Below are positions 63,921-64,000 of a DNA stretch of 64,000 bases, piece by piece. The notes under the pieces were generated by a model. The model saw only the letters and a list, made by a program, of their open reading frames with translations, was not told the origin of the DNA and ran no database searches. Positions within the stretch are counted from its first letter, which is position 1. Each line of letters starts with the position of its first letter. The DNA is from Terriglobia bacterium (GTDB lineage: Bacteria > Acidobacteriota > Terriglobia > 20CM-2-55-15). Position numbers and translations under genes: made by a program. The stretch lies in contig CBDCLE010000025.1 in the NCBI GenBank assembly GCA_965218585.1, forward strand, positions 32,001 through 96,000. The letters are read 5' to 3'.

Positions 63921-64000
63921 CCGATCAGTCCTCGGCGATACAACAACTCCGCGTTCAAGACAGCAGCTCCGGCCGCCCCACGAATCGTGTTGTGGCTCAG
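63917..64000 (-). CDS. asd: aspartate-semialdehyde dehydrogenase, C-terminal end only
   Basis: Minus strand reads [27 protein letters not shown]. ATGA overlap with hisZ. Confidence 0.85.
   Translation of the reverse strand: [27 protein letters not shown]

Overview
GC-rich bacterial chromosome segment from a diderm organism. Gene content and order suggest Acidobacteriota, but that is inference. From left to right: (1) dTDP-sugar and glycosyltransferase genes plus peptidases; (2) a DHH phosphoesterase-dtd pair; (3) a ~12 kb respiratory operon with a HEAT protein, Rieske protein, split cytochrome b, an octaheme cytochrome c, a cupredoxin-like lipoprotein, ctaA, ctaB, an ABC-2 pair, SCO and DUF420; (4) an M14 peptidase; (5) dciA-gatC-gatA-skp; (6) a patch of small accessory genes, some decayed; (7) an Omp85/SurA-like/TamB module, rpmB, a SurA-like PPIase and a FecCD/BtuCD-type ABC pair; (8) a ~6 kb accessory island at the 3' end of tRNA-Ser(GCT); (9) a long minus-strand run asd-hisZGDCBHAF(IE)-trpEGDCFBA-ugd-uxs-galE. 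The island is the best candidate for an undescribed system. It encodes a subtilase (S8), two tandem paralogous small proteins that look like histone folds with an insertion in helix 2, and a multi-TM/GAF/Zn-ribbon Ser/Thr receptor kinase split by an IS3-family element with a clean 4-bp target duplication. Six single-base frameshifts at short runs of identical bases suggest long-read assembly errors rather than true pseudogenes.
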